Part shown: piece after piece, positions 1 through 16,684 of the stretch
Numbering within the stretch: the stretch's first letter is position 1
Layout of the letters: each line of letters opens with the position of its first letter
Assembly: GCF_006345805.1 (NCBI RefSeq)
Contig: NC_043013.1
Span: 39,184,001 to 39,248,000, forward strand
DNA: 64,000 bases
Source: Octopus sinensis
Lineage: Eukaryota
Direction of reading: 5' to 3'
The notes under the pieces: model-generated
Databases searched by the model: none
Told to the model about the DNA's origin: nothing
What the model saw: the letters and a program-made list of their open reading frames with translations, nothing else
Program-made: the position numbers and the translations under genes

Positions 1-671
1 AACATCTAAAGAAAATTATGAATATTATTAAAGCTCTGACTTTCTTTTGTTCGGTTTGAAACTGCATCTCACTTTCGAATGAAACATGGATACATGTAAA
101 ATTCCCGAAGCAAATTCAAAAGCTAAAGCCGAGTTTGATACAATAATAGAATGAAATATAATTGCAATTTAGGCCAGAAGGAATGAATGGTCATGCCATC
201 GCATGGAAAGTCGAAAAGAAGCAGAATGAATTTTATTTTTTAAATTCAAAATACAGAAATTGTAAAATACAGATGAAAATTGATTACATGAAAGAAAATT
301 GTAAATTATGAGTTTCCCTGTAATAATATTAATTGTTTTAAACATTCAAATATATTATTAAAAATCGATGATGCATCTTAATACCACTTGGGCCACACTA
401 CTGTTTGAAAATCACCGTAGTTGATAAATAAGCAAAAGAAGAAAGCTAATGTCAGCACCAGACAGTTACTGAATACACCCGTTTGTAAAAAGGTTTGCTG
501 AAAACAACCATAATCGTTTCTTAGTGCAAGGATGAATAACAATATTTGTGAAAAGCGGTAAGTTATAATAAACCGGATGTGACTATAAATTTCAGCTGAC
601 ACATGAGATACAAAAGATTGATGGCAATGTTGCAAGTTCAGAAGCAGGCGGATTAAAAAAAAAATTAAGTT

Positions 672-868
672 TCAATACAATCTGAAGATGTGACAGCCAT
701 TCCTCTTGTTTTCATATAGGAAGGCTAAACACCGCGAAGCAATGTTACATCTGGCAGCGCAAGCAAGTCTTGATGAAGCATTTACGCGTTTATAGGTTTT
801 TGAGAAGGTGTATGAGTTCAATGACCTTGTAAACCTGTCGGACTGTATGGCAGAAGTTATCGCTTTCT
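672..868 (-). CDS. Multi-PAN gene, terminal coding exon 12: C-terminal PAN domain and stop
   Basis: 197 bp after a TTTTATTTTCACAG acceptor. EKAITSAIQSDRFTRSLNSYTFSKTYKRVNASSRLACAARCNIASRCLAFLYENKRNGCHIFRLY-TGA. Candidate AATAAA on the minus strand near 232-237. Confidence 0.88.
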
Positions 869-1935
869 CTGTGAAAATAAAATGTAAAACAAAAAGATGT
901 TAAGATTCTATCTTTCGCATATATAATAATCTTAAATAGATATATTTATAAATCATTGTGAACCATGTCTTTCGCCTTTAACACTGCACCTCTAGTTGAA
1001 TTGCATCTTAAGAATAAACGAACTTCCTCTTTCTTAATCGTGGGGAGGGGACGTCCGGCAGTCCGTTTTCCTATCCCCCTACCATGCAGACGAACCCCCT
1101 TTGTGACTATAAATCTTAAATATACCCCACCCCCATGTATGTCGTGGTGATGTACCTTCCTACAAAACCATTTGAACTTGCTTTGTTTTGATTTAACAAA
1201 CTCATTCTACGGTAAGCGTCGACCGTGTAATCACTGAGAATGCGCATGTCGAGAATTGAAAAAAAATTTTTTTTAAATATCATTAATTGCAAAATACGTG
1301 TATTCATTAATTAATTCATTAATCAATTAAAAAATTCGTTGGAAACAGCTGTAATGTATTGACACCTAGCCATCGTTTGTTATTTATTGATTTATTATTC
1401 ACCTCCCTTGGAACCTGCCCTTCGCGTGTTCCGAAGTATATTATGGACCGTATATTTAATATAATGTGCGTTTTTGAATAAGCCCCTTTCTGAATTATCC
1501 CAAGGTCTGATGATATACTTAGTTTTGTTCAATTGATTGTATACTTAATCTGAAAATCCTTCTGCCAGTACTTCTGTACAAATGTTGGTATTCGTCAAAA
1601 ATTACTGTGTATGCATTTTAATTCTGACCTAATCCGGTGCCTTATTCACTAGAATCTTAATATACATATGTACATATTTGTATTTATGCGTGCATGTATG
1701 TATGTATGTATGTATGTATGTATATTTAATGTACTGTTCCGTATGTGTGTATGTGAGAGACAGCGGTAAAGAAGAAGAAAGATTCTCAGATCGATCAGTC
1801 TGTACAACATTGTCACCGGTACCAATTTCATTTGTTGGGTGAAAAATTATCTCGGTTTACCACTAGCGACAACATTAAGCAGAATCCGAGAATTTAGTGT
1901 TTAATAAGAAAAGTGGTCAAGAGATTTATATACTA

Positions 1936-3168
1936 CTAGCATTAAAGACCCGTGGTTGCCGTGTCATAGTGCTAGTGCATGTATATATGTGTATATATAT
2001 GTGTACATATTACATGTACATCTATATATATATAAAAGAAATATTAAAATTACTAAGTCTCTCTAAAAGAGAACAGCGGCAGCGTTCCCGGAAAATATAT
2101 GGATACAGTTTGTGTATCAAATAGCTAACTTAAGGCGATGGCCTCATAGAGCTAATAAGCGGACAGCTTTATTCTTATTTTTATAAGAATGCCATATTAG
2201 TATGGCGATAACTATATATATATACATCTACACATAAAATACAAAATACAAAGTTATATCTTGATATCGCTAGTGATAACAATACTCAAAATATATAACA
2301 GACTGGAATTGTTAGCCCGTCTCTTGTAATTTCGATCAATTGTATGTATCTTGTCCTGCCTCTTGTATAGAAGTGTGGCTACAATCCAGCCTACCTCTAC
2401 TTCGGGGGTGGGGGTGGGGGGCATTTTAGATTTTTTTCCGGGACGTCCTACGTCCCAGATATAAAGGTGAAAATAAAATATTTCCACTTTGCAAGTTCGA
2501 GTCGAGTACTCCCTTGCACGCTCCGTTGACTCGAATCTTGCTTCTATTGTGGCGAATTTACCGCCTCTGATTAGATATCTTTCATAGTCGCACCAAGTCA
2601 CTTTTCGAAGGTGCTTTCCTTCATGTGTTCAAATCTTTTTTCTCTACATTGTATAATTTATAGACAATAGCCTTTTCTTTAATTTAATTTTTTATTATCC
2701 ATCTGGACTATTCCATTTCTGCACGCTAATTTTATTTTTAATTTATTCCCATTCATGTGAAACCACTTATTCAAGTTCAAGTCATTGATACAATTTTATA
2801 CCAATTGCTATTTTTACTTTTGTTATGTTACGATTATATTATACTTTAGTTTGATTTTAACTATTACTTACTACATATAATTCAATTGTTATTATTATTT
2901 TTATTGTTAAAGTGAAAGTATCTGACATAAAATAGAGAAATGTTTTTGTATCCCTTTTAAAACGTAATACTGAAATAGTGGAGAAGATATGATATTGCTA
3001 TGGGCTTGCTCTAGGCAAGAAGTTGAACATTTGTTTTGCCCATGAAACTACATGGACCCTAAGTAAGGCATGTGTAAAATATGAATGAAATTGGTTGTGT
3101 AGTTCTCAAGTTTTAGGGAAACACACAGACAGACAGACACACATTCTCAGTTTTATATATATAAAGAT
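1936..3168 (-). mobile_element. Non-autonomous Helitron-like element, probably with an internal insertion
   Basis: Minus strand starts TCTTTATATA...TGTCTGTCTG and ends with a short GC-rich hairpin followed by CTAG. Confidence 0.55.
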
Positions 3169-3177
3169 GTTCGTTTA

Positions 3178-3940
3178 AGGCGGAGAGCTGGCAGAAATGT
3201 TAGCACGCCGGGCGAAATGCTTAGTGGTATTTCGTCTGCCGCTACGTTCTGAGTTCAAATTCCGCCGAAGTCGACTTTACCTTTCATCCTTTCGGGGTCG
3301 ATTAAATAAGTACCAGTTTCGCACTGGAGTCGATATAATCGACTTAATCCGATTGTTTGTCCTTGTTTGTCCCTTCTGTGTTTAGCCTCTTGTGGATAGT
3401 AAAGAAATAGGTATTTCGTCTGCCGCTACGTTCTGAGTTCAAATTCCGTCGAGGTCGACTTTGCCTTTCATCCTTTCGGGGTCGATAAAATAAGTACCAG
3501 TTACGCACTGGGATCGATATAATCGACTTAATCCTTTTGTCTGTCCTTGTTTGTCCCCTCTGTGTTTAGCCTCTTGTGGGTAGTAAAGAAATAGGTATTT
3601 CGTCGTCTACGTTCTGAGTTCAAATTCCGTCGAGGTCGACTTTGCCTTTCATCCTTTCGGGGTCGATAAAATAAGTACCAGTTACGCACTGGGATCGATA
3701 TAATCGACTTAATCCTTTTGTCTGTCCTTGTTTGTCCCCTCTGTGTTTAGCCCCTTGTGGGTAGTAAAGAAATAGGTATTTCGTCGTCTACGTTCTGAGT
3801 TCAAATTCCGTCGAGGTCGACTTTGCCTTTCATCCTTTCGGGGTCGATAAATTAAGTACTAGTTGCGTACTGGGGTTGATATAATCGACTGAACCCACCT
3901 CCCAAAACATTTTGGTCCTTGTGTCTAGAGCAGAAAAGTA
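3178..3940 (+). mobile_element. tRNA-derived SINE (family A) with an internally multiplied ~180-bp body
   Basis: Head GGCGGAGAGCTGGCAGAA, B-box-like GAGTTCAAATTCC occurring 4 times, flanked by direct repeat ATGTTCGTTT (TSD). Confidence 0.85.
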
Positions 3941-4041
3941 TATACTATGTTCGTTTTGAACGAATACGTTAGTTTTAACGAATATAGCTTAGGTGATTTG
4001 AAAATAAGATAAAGCATTCGTATGTTCGTTCAAAACCAACA

Positions 4042-4416
4042 TCTCTCTATATTTAAACGGCAGTTTGTCTGTGCGTGTTTCTGTGTGTCTGTTTGCTTGT
4101 ACCCTCACCCTGACCACGGCTTTCAACCGATTCTGATGAAACTTGACACACACATAGCCCAATGTCATAATTCAAAACTAACGCAGCCAAAATTTTGAAA
4201 AGTTCCCCCAGTTCTGAAAAAAATCGATAAATTCGACATGGGGTCGAGAATCAGAAACACGAACCACAAACTGTCTAGGGGACGCAACTCCATCCTTTTT
4301 TAACTCTCAAAAAAAATTTACCATCATTTTTTTCCTATTTTTTGGCTATAACTCTCTGAAAATGCTTTATAGTTATTTCCCTTACAAACCTGAGCAACGC
4401 CGGGCGATACTGCTAG
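4042..4416 (+). mobile_element. Non-autonomous Helitron
   Basis: 5' TC, 3' hairpin CCTGAGCAACGCCGGG then CTAG, inserted between A and T. Near-identical to 25337-25720. Confidence 0.8.
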
Positions 4417-4578
4417 TAGTTTATAAATTTCTAGACCACTTTTCATTTATATAGTGCAGGCGGTGTTGGTGTCAAGAATTATGCTTCAGTTGCAACAGAA
4501 TATAGTGAAACGCCGATGTGCCAGCTGCATACTTGCAAACAACTGTACGATTTCTCACCGATTGCAATGTAAAATAAA

Positions 4579-4978
4579 CTAGCAGTATCCCCCGGCGTTG
4601 CTCGGGTTTGTTTCGACCCTTTAGAATTGAAATTTTTGAAAAGTAAAAATGTTGAATGATGTAGCTTGTTATTCTCTTTAAGTGAACATTTTTCTGGTTG
4701 AAATACACCGAAAAATGGCGACACAGCAGTCGCAGTGAAAAAATCGTAAAAAAATAGGGATTTTCATAGATAAAAAGCACCTTTTTGATGTAAATAATTT
4801 TTGGTTTTAACATGGTCCGACTTGTATTCTTTCTTATACGGAAGGGAGAGCAAGCCTTCTTCTATCACACTCTCAATTTTGGTCAACTTGCGCCGCAGGG
4901 TCTCGGAGGAGACAGTGTTAGCTGAAGGCTACCAAACCTGCCACACACAGCACAACTTCAACTTTATATAGAGAGAGA
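4579..4978 (-). mobile_element. Non-autonomous Helitron (second subfamily)
   Basis: Same termini on the minus strand, near-identical to 30043-30435. Empty site is visible in the paralogous introns at ~24730 and ~32475. Confidence 0.8.
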
Positions 4979-5112
4979 TAAATACGCAGCTATGTAAACT
5001 GTTATATATACTTATTTCTTTATTGTCCACTGGGAGCTAAATAGAGGGGACAAACAAGGACAGACAAAAGGATTATGTCGATAACATAAGTGATAAAAGA
5101 AGCAGTATTTAC

Positions 5113-5205
5113 CTGTCTTGAAGTAGAGCTTACGAAATTTATCAGAATAACAATTTTTAAGTATTACAGCATTATCTGCATCTCGATATGTTTCGAAGGT
5201 ATAAT
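5113..5205 (-). CDS. Multi-PAN gene, exon 11: linker C, module 3
   Basis: 93 bp, TTTCTAG acceptor and GTAAAT donor, phase 1-1. YTFETYRDADNAVILKNCYSDKFRKLYFKT. Flanking intron is homologous to that of the other two C exons. Confidence 0.85.
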
Positions 5206-5272
5206 CTAGAAATCAATAAAACATATTTATTCATATCGTTACACGCACATATATATGCATAACTACCTTTTC

Positions 5273-5338
<66 letters not shown>

Positions 5339-5344
5339 TACATA

Positions 5345-5521
5345 TATGTTTTAAAATATATTTTATTTTTTATTTATGATTTGGTTTATGCCTATCATTG
5401 TTTGAATTACATAATAGTGGTTTTTCTCTAATTTATATATATTATATATTTATATTGAGAAATTTGATTTAATACTAAATTGAATTTTTGCCTGTAAGTT
5501 TGGAGTTATACTCCCTAATAT

Positions 5522-5525
<4 letters not shown>
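5345..5525 (+). mobile_element. 3' terminal fragment of a Penelope-like element
   Basis: Similar to 36900-37090 (AATAGTGGTTTT...CCTGTAAGTT...CCCTAATATT), flanked by microsatellites. Confidence 0.5.
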
Positions 5526-5603
<78 letters not shown>

Positions 5604-5605
<2 letters not shown>

Positions 5606-6600
5606 GTATATATAATGGGCGTGATGTCTGTCTGTCAGTCCATCTTTCCGTTTGTCCGTCTGTTCCCTCTTCGCAGTCAAACGGTTGGACCAATAGCTAC
5701 GATGTTTTTCGGGATAACGAAGGAGGTAATAAGGAAGGTTTTTAGTGTAAAAAAATGAGAAAAAGTATGATTATTTAATGGATATTGAGTTTTGCTTTAA
5801 TAAATCACCTTAGATATTTTTTGTTAAAATTCCAGCGACGAGGATTAACTCTAGATTTCCCTTCCTTATAATTCGTGAATTTAGAGGGTTTAGATTTGCG
5901 ATGCTATCCCTTTATTTCCCATCGTAGAGGGGCAGATTTGCTATCTTACTATAATAGGCGTTATGTCCGTCTGTCCGTCTCTTTGTTCCCTCTTCATGGC
6001 CAGACGTCTGGATCAGTGGTTACGATATTTTTCGGAATTACATAGACGGTCGTCGGAAGGTTTTTAGCATTAAAGAATCAGAAAGAATGATTATTTTGTA
6101 GATTTTTTTTGAATTGATAAACCACCTTCGCATTTTTATAAAAAATTCACCGACCACAAGTAACTCCGGATTCTCATAGTATAGTTCGTGGCCCCATCAT
6201 AGATACGAAGGGGTTCGTAAAACCGGTTAATTGCGAAAATAAGTGTGTCAGTCTGGAGCAGGATTCGAAACAGCTAATCGAAGCAGCTGTTGTTTACATC
6301 AGTTTTGTCAATCAAAATAACCCATGGTGTCTGAACATCCAGATATTATTTGCATAGAACAGTGAGAGGTAAGTCTTAGTTTGATGTTTTTGCAACTCTA
6401 AAGATTCCACTCGCGCATTCAAAGCAAACAAAGCAGAGGGCCAGACTGTAGACCGTGTAGGTATGTTTTTACCCACTTCGATGTTTACACGCTACCAGTT
6501 TTACGTCACTATGAGTAAAGCAACGGACTCCAGTAATTTGGAAATTAGTGTCGACCAAACAGAAAATAAAATCTACAAAGAAGTTTTGTAATCATATTGA
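5604..6600 (+). mobile_element. Helitron derivative(s) with a Pif1-helicase C-terminal remnant at 6421-6591
   Basis: KANKAEGQTVDRVGMFLPTSMFTRYQFYVTMSKATDSSNLEISVDQTENKIYKEVL* matches Helitron helicase motifs V/VI and the NxVYKEVL end. Two Helitron-type 5' heads at ~5605 and ~5943. Confidence 0.75.
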
Positions 6601-7035
6601 TATTATCGAAAAGAATATGATTTATAATTTAAATATGGAAATTTGTGAACTTTGAATGTATAAGGTTATAAACAAGCGTAAAATAGTATAAACAGCTAAA
6701 ATAAAAGTATAGCTAAATAACATTTTTTTCTTAATACTTTTTATGTAGTGGTCGAAGGAAGCTTTAGCTTTCGTTAGCAGTGGTCCACATATCCATTCAT
6801 GATACAGAGGCTGGGAGTCTATTTCAGTTCAGGAGTGAATCGTCATCACTTGTCACTTAGTCGCAAACACATGTCATATAACTACAACAGTATGCTGTAT
6901 CGCCAACAATAATGTGATCTCTCTCAGACATCACCCAGCAATCTATCAAGTCCATTTACACAATTCTCAATACATACTGCTGTTATGTGTCCCCTCTCTC
7001 ATTTTATCACTCCATCGTAGATATGTAGATTTGCT

Positions 7036-7083
<48 letters not shown>

Positions 7084-7789
7084 TATATATTGACTGGTGT
7101 CTGTTGGTGCTGCCACCTACGGTTGATTTCAGAGTAAGAGACAGCGAGAAAGTGAGTTTGTAAGGAATAGAATGGCGAGAGAATTTTCCATCAAGAGGAA
7201 GGACCACTCAGGGCTTATAATCCTTTTTTTTTGCTTTTTTATTTTGCTACGAGGTCATTTTCTTATGAGTGAGAAAACATATGGAATAATAATTCCTTAT
7301 AATTCCTTTTTTCCCCTCATTTTGGATGTCCTAGTAACTGCAGGTAAACTTATTTCGGTGTTTTGGGATCTTATCAATACAACGTAACTTGGGATCATTA
7401 AGGTACATACATACATACGTACATACATACAAATATACACACACATGCACGCACACACGTATATATATGCTGTGGGGGCATAGAGACGAATTTATCCGGG
7501 TGGGTACTGTGGTAGCTCTCAGGTATACTCGAGATTACAGCCAACCTCATCAGGTTATGGAAAAGCGTCAATGATCGCTTAGTGTTAGCAATTATGCTAC
7601 AATTTTTCTAGCGGACAACTCTGGTTTCACGTCCCTGAATTATGAAATTTATAAGGAGTTTAGATTTCAAATACTTGTAAAGAGTACGGAGACTAGTACA
7701 CCATCAAATTTTAATTTTAATTTTACGGTTAGTCATACAGCATAATTATTTTGTTACAATGACCGACACGCGTGTCTGCTGCTCAGGGT

Positions 7790-8278
7790 CATCATCATTG
7801 TTCGACCGTGGTCGAGACAATGGAATTTACTATGTTACGCCAGACTTCACGGTCTATCATAGCATTACGGAGGTCCTGTTGCTGGATGCCTGTATCCCTG
7901 GAGATTACATCAGGGTAGTAGAGTGTGCGCCCTCTGGTATTGCGAGTAGATGGCTTCCAGAGGAGAAGAGTAGAAATTACTTCTTTTTCAGCTCTACAAC
8001 AATGCCCAGCAAACTGGACTCTCTTACCTTTCACAAGAGATGACACAGGTGGTAGTTTCCCATATATTTGCATTTTGGTTGGATGGCGCTTCCACGAGAG
8101 ATTTTGAGCTCTCATAAGGAGGCGAGTGTAGGTTCCATCCAACCGCCTCTCAAGCTTCTTTGATAACGTCCAGGTTTCTGAGCCATATAGTAGAATTGGT
8201 TCGACTGTGGCTTTGAATATTTCAAGTTTGAAGTCTCTACTTAGATTTGATGACCAGATCTTATGCATGTCATTACAG
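7790..8278 (-). mobile_element. 5'-truncated RTE-group LINE, 3' end
   Basis: ORF 7795-8268 with LLYGSETWTL and FAGHC motifs, (TGA)n tail, 9-bp TSD GCTCAGGGT at 7781-7789 and 8279-8287. Confidence 0.88.
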
Positions 8279-8971
8279 GCTCAGGGTATGTGAAGTTGCA
8301 CATGTAACTTTGCATAATCTACCGTGCGCTTTCATTCGGGGTCTTTCAAACAAGTGTGGTTCAGAGAGAACTGAAATGTAATGAACTCATATCAGCATAA
8401 ACCTTATCGTAAATATATTTATTCATTCATGCTGGTATCGCCTTTTTAGCTATAGAACTTTTCCATTCAGGAACCGGTTTTCTAAAAAAGAAATCAGGTT
8501 TTGTTGAAGAGAAAACTATTTTGGTGCACTGTTTCAACTTCGTCCTTGTTTCTGAATGTTCTTCTACTGGGAATGCGTTCAAGTAACCCGAATAAGTGAA
8601 ATTCTGAGGATGACACGATCTGGTGAGTAGGGATGTTGAGGCAGAGACTGCTAGTCTAATAAATTTAAATTTATCTTTGCATGGGTTATATTGTTGAAAG
8701 CACTGCTTTATTCTTGGCAAAACTCATGAGGTACCCACTTGCCTTCTCTATACACGTTTCCATTTTGCTTGAGATGATACTGCGCAGTGGATTAAGGTTT
8801 ATTAATCGTTGTGGATAAATACTCGATATTTTAACACGGATCCTCAGTTAGTCCTCCTGATCGATAAATATACAAAAGATCGAAATCCCTGGTTTTAAAA
8901 TTTGTTTAGCTACATTTAGCATTTCCGAACGCACACCATTAGAATAAATTAATAAATTACATACGCTTTCC

Positions 8972-9010
<39 letters not shown>

Positions 9011-9507
9011 TATATATATATATATATATATATATTGCACTTACCAAATTTGTAAAGTATGCAATCTCTAATATGCTGATTAGAAAACTCCCTCTTTTCC
9101 ATGGGCATATAAAACACAATTTTACATTCAGTCATTAATTCTATGTTGATTGGTCGATCGCTAGGAAATCTTTTATTAGCTTGTAAACTATGCATAGTAT
9201 GATGTCGACTATTGCTTGAAGACACGAAATTACTTTTTAGTCCTCCTAATTTATTTTATTCAGTTTTAATTTCAATTTGGGCTCGCTTTTAATGCTTTTG
9301 TATTTTCGTTACAGCCATTTGATTTTTCATCCAACAGATTCCTGTTATTCTGAAAGGATGCGAGGAAGGAAGCTATTTCCCCAATGCACATTTAACAAAA
9401 GAAGATACTCGAATGAAACAGCTAACCACGCAGCCATATCTATTAAAAGTGAAATGGTAAAAACAATAAATCACAGAGGAAGAACAAAAAAATAAATGTT
9501 GACTTAC

Positions 9508-9738
9508 TCTGTTTGAATTCAGCGAAAATCCAATCGTCTTGGGTAGCGCTAACTGTGGCATTATTACTTGTATAATCAGTCATGAGGCACGTCTTTGATT
9601 TTGTGTTGTAGTTGACAGTTTTGCACCAGGGATCATTATGACAAGTGGATAGACAATCTATGAATGATACGATTCGTTCAGAACGTATCGTACTTTCCGG
9701 AAGAACTGCACCATGAATTACACTTACTGCACACTTTT
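9508..9738 (-). CDS. Multi-PAN gene, exon 10: PAN type B, module 3
   Basis: 231 bp, ATACAG acceptor and GTAAGT donor, translated by hand (not in the ORF track): KCAVSVIHGAVLPESTIRSERIVSFIDCLSTCHNDPWCKTVNYNTKSKTCLMTDYTSNNATVSATQDDWIFAEFKQ. Confidence 0.9.
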
Positions 9739-10764
9739 CTGTATGAATGTAATAAACATATGACTCTTACTAAATGGACAAATGGAAACCATACGACACT
9801 AAGACAACGTAACAAATACAGGTAATAAAATTTATTGCAAATCCAACCATGTTGCTGGCTGTTTCATAATGCCTGACTCACCCCTCCGTCATCACAGGTA
9901 GTCTATCTCATGTATGGTATTTGTTATGCCAGATATATTTGACTTAGCTTATGTAGCTCGCTTAAAATTGGAAACCAAGATTGTTAAATCATTCCTAACA
10001 TGTATTTGAAGTTAGGCCGGAAAACTGACAGAGAGAAGGAAATTTACTCAGAATTAGGCCAAGAAAAAGAATCTGAAGGCACTGGTGAAAATATCTAATA
10101 AATACACCTCTTCGATGATACCGTACCGTTTTCCTGTCATTCTTTCAATAAAAGTATGCTTGACTAAATTAAAGCAGCGGATTACTGGGTTTAAAGTTAT
10201 AATTTGTTAGACAGTTCAATTAGCTGTCACCCAGGTTACAGGAAACTCTGCATCCTCTCTTTTCGTATGCACAGGGATACAATAAGGCTGTTGCAAAGTT
10301 ATCGGAGTCTCATTCTTTCAGGAAGAATGCATTTGTTCAGCTCTTTTCGACGACAGAACTGGAATGTCGGATCAAACGTAGGTCGAGGATAGATCAAAGG
10401 AATCTGGCGCCTTAAGAGTGTTTTTTTCTGTAGGGACAATGGCATTTATACTTTAGGGAAAGTTAATGCAGAGCATGCCTGAGGATGTGTGGATTATTTT
10501 GATCTTCACATCGTGCAGTCTGCTGCCGAAGCGCTGGGGCGGGGGAGGAATGCAATACTGTATTACATGGAATTGTTCAGTACATTCAGCACACACGTTT
10601 GCAGTTTGATTATTGCGAGAATATGAGAAGCATGAGGTACTACTTAACCTATGTCCGTAGATCTACCTTAAAAATTAACCAACAGGCACTTTACAACAGC
10701 AAGACGACAACTACAGGAACAAAAACAAACACAACACAAACACAATACAAACAACAACAGCAGC

Positions 10765-11135
10765 AGCGGACTCGCGGTCGTAAGAACGCGGTTTCTATTC
10801 CCAGACCGGGCATTGTGAGTGTTTATTGTGCAAAAACACCTAAGCTCCACGAAGCTCCGGTGGGGTTGGGGGTGGTGGTGAACCCCGCTGTACTCTTTCA
10901 CCACAACTTTCTCTCACTCTTTCCTTCTACTTCTTCTATAAAGCAGAGGAACCAATGTGTAAGCTACTATGGTGTGGTAAACTTTCAGACCCTAGTCTAG
11001 ATGGCGAATCCTCTGCACCCCAGGATGGTTCAGCTCTCCACCCGTTAAAAGCCACCGTTTACGGAATGAGGATAACAACGTAGCTTTCGCGCCCGTGCAA
11101 CCGGCAGTCTATCATCGCGTGTGGTGGGTGGATCT
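10765..11135 (+). mobile_element. tRNA-derived SINE family C, 5'-clipped
   Basis: Homologous to 23574-23885 (CCCAGACCGGGCATTGTGAGTGTTTATTG...CACCACAACTTTCTCTCACTCT). Confidence 0.7.
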
Positions 11136-11414
11136 TCAAGTTGCCACACGCATTCTTAGTAGCTTAGAGTAGGCTCGAATGGCGTGAGTCCTGATTGGAA
11201 GAAAAAGAAGAGGAAGACAACAGCGGTGTTGGAAGAAGGCCAGCAATTCTGGTGTGAATGTTAAGGCGATTACATCGACCTCTCGCTTCCCGTATATAAT
11301 AAAATACTTTATTTTGTTGACCCTGAAAGGAAGAAAGCAAATGTTGACTTCGATGTGATCTCTTCCCAATATTCAATAATAATATGTTTTCATCAATATA
11401 TGAAAACATATATA

Positions 11415-11824
11415 CTCTTTACTCTTTTTACTTGTTTCAGTTATTTGACTGCGGCCATGCTGGAGCACCGTCTTTAGTCGAGCAAATCGACCCCAGGACT
11501 TATTCTTTGTAAGCCCAGTACTTATTCTATCGGTCTCTTTTGCCGAACCGCTAAGTGACGGAGGCGTAAACACACCAGCATCGGTTGTCAAGCAATGCTA
11601 GGGGGACAAACACAGACAAACAAACACACACATACATATATATATATATATACATATATACGACAGGCTTCTTTCAGTTTCCGTCTACCAAATCCACTCA
11701 CCAGGCATTGGTCGGCCCGGGGCTATAGCAGAAGACACTTTGCCCAAGATGCCACGCAGTGGGACTGAACCCGGAACCATGTGGTTGGTTAGCAAGCTAC
11801 TTACTACACAGCCACTCCTGCGCC
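11415..11824 (-). mobile_element. tRNA-derived CORE-like SINE (family B), full length
   Basis: tRNA-like head, CORE-like TTGGGCAA block, 18-bp TSD TATATGAAAACATATATA at 11397-11414 and 11825-11842. Confidence 0.9.
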
Positions 11825-12194
11825 TATATGAAAACATATATAAATCATTTTAATTATTTTCATATCATCTGTATCATTTACAGTTTGTCCGTAGCATCTC
11901 TACTCAATGATGGCTTCCTTCAACAGATTTTTTTAAAGGAGATCAGAGCCAGATAACTGATTACTGGAATTAACAGTTCCCTTGTATGATTTTTCTCCTT
12001 ATTAATATAGGCTAGATATAATTATCTTCAATTTGCTTGGATATTTTCTGTTTTGATATGACATAGTTGAGGTATCTCATTAATATAAGAACTGTTATAT
12101 ATCTATAAGGAGTTTCTCCAGCATTCAAGTTTTGGTTTTGATATCAAATACTTGCCACTTGTCAGACAAAACCCAGTAGCTGCGCTTTGCAGCT

Positions 12195-12380
12195 ACTCTC
12201 TTTTACTTGCTCTTTTACATGCTGGAGCACCGCCTTTAGTCGAGCAAATCGATCCCAGGACTTATTCTTTGTAAGCCTAGTACTTTTTTCTATCGATTCT
12301 CATTTGCCGAACCGCTAAGTTACGGGGACGTAAACACGCCAGCATCTGTGGTCAAGCGATGTTGGGGGAACAAACAGACA

Positions 12381-12400
<20 letters not shown>
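12195..12400 (-). mobile_element. Family B SINE, 3' half
   Basis: GCTGGAGCACCGCCTTTAGTCGAGCAAATCG...GCCGAACCGCTAAGTTACGGGGACG, as in the other copies. Confidence 0.8.
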
Positions 12401-12456
<56 letters not shown>

Positions 12457-12539
12457 CACGCACACACCAACACGTTATATCTGGTCATTGTGCATTGACT
12501 TATTTATTCTCTGAACACTTTTGACGAATAAAAATTCAT

Positions 12540-15392
<2,853 letters not shown>

Positions 15393-15393
<1 letters not shown>

Positions 15394-16052
15394 TTTTTTT
15401 TTCTTCTTTCAAATTTGCTTCCGTTTCTTGCCGAGTGTCTTCCCGACTCCTAGGGCAAACAAACTCATAGTATACATTGGTAGGCCATCAAACCAAACTC
15501 AATAGTTCGTTCATTCATTTAAAAAATTTTTTTTTTAAGTTAAATTAAAATACATGAGCAGCAACAATTCTCACATCGACAATGCTCTTCTCAATACATG
15601 TGATGTACCAGTTAAGACAATCTTTTGCACTTCTTGCAGGGATGGTAAGCCAGGGATCATTCTCATATAATTTTCGGTTCCCTTCATGATTATTCCTAGT
15701 GCTCCTACGATCACTGGTATTGTAACCGCCTTGAGATGCCACATTTTCTCAATTTCAATGAGTAGGTCTTTATATTTTCTGAGCTTGTCAAACTCTTTCG
15801 CTGAGATATTATGATCACAGGGGATGCTCATGTCGATCAATAAGCAAACTTTATTGTTTTGGTCTTTCACAACAATATCTGGTTTATTGGCCTTGATGGT
15901 TCGGTCTGTATGTACTGGAAAGTCCCACAGAATGGTTACATTTTCTCCTTTAGTTACAGCCTCAGGGTGGTGATTATACCACTTGTCGGCAGTTTTGATA
16001 TTATAATGCCGACTTATTAGCCAGTGTAGATATTGACCAACTCTGTCATGTC
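15393..16052 (-). mobile_element. R4/Dong-like LINE 3' fragment (restriction-like endonuclease)
   Basis: RHDRVGQYLHW...KPDIVVKD...LIDMSIP...KLRKY motifs, bounded by (TAA)n on both sides. Confidence 0.85.
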
Positions 16053-16066
16053 TATTATTATTATTA

Positions 16067-16570
<504 letters not shown>

Positions 16571-16574
16571 TAAA

Positions 16575-16620
<46 letters not shown>

Positions 16621-16621
16621 T

Positions 16622-16665
<44 letters not shown>

Positions 16666-16684
16666 ATAATAATAATAATAATAA

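Noticed and set aside
3178-3270. tRNA genes at SINE heads (also 11750-11824, 23574-23650, 63320-63393)
   Set aside because: A/B boxes are present but they run into SINE bodies with TSDs and do not form full cloverleaves.
8427-8720. 97-aa ORF in the conserved intron block
   Set aside because: The frame is not preserved in the two paralogous copies, one of which has a SINE insertion. No domain motif.
9045-9179. Possible 135-bp extra exon with a GTAAGT donor
   Set aside because: Weak AAG acceptor. The paralogous regions (~27400-27560, ~38280-38425) have frame-breaking indels and one lacks the GT.
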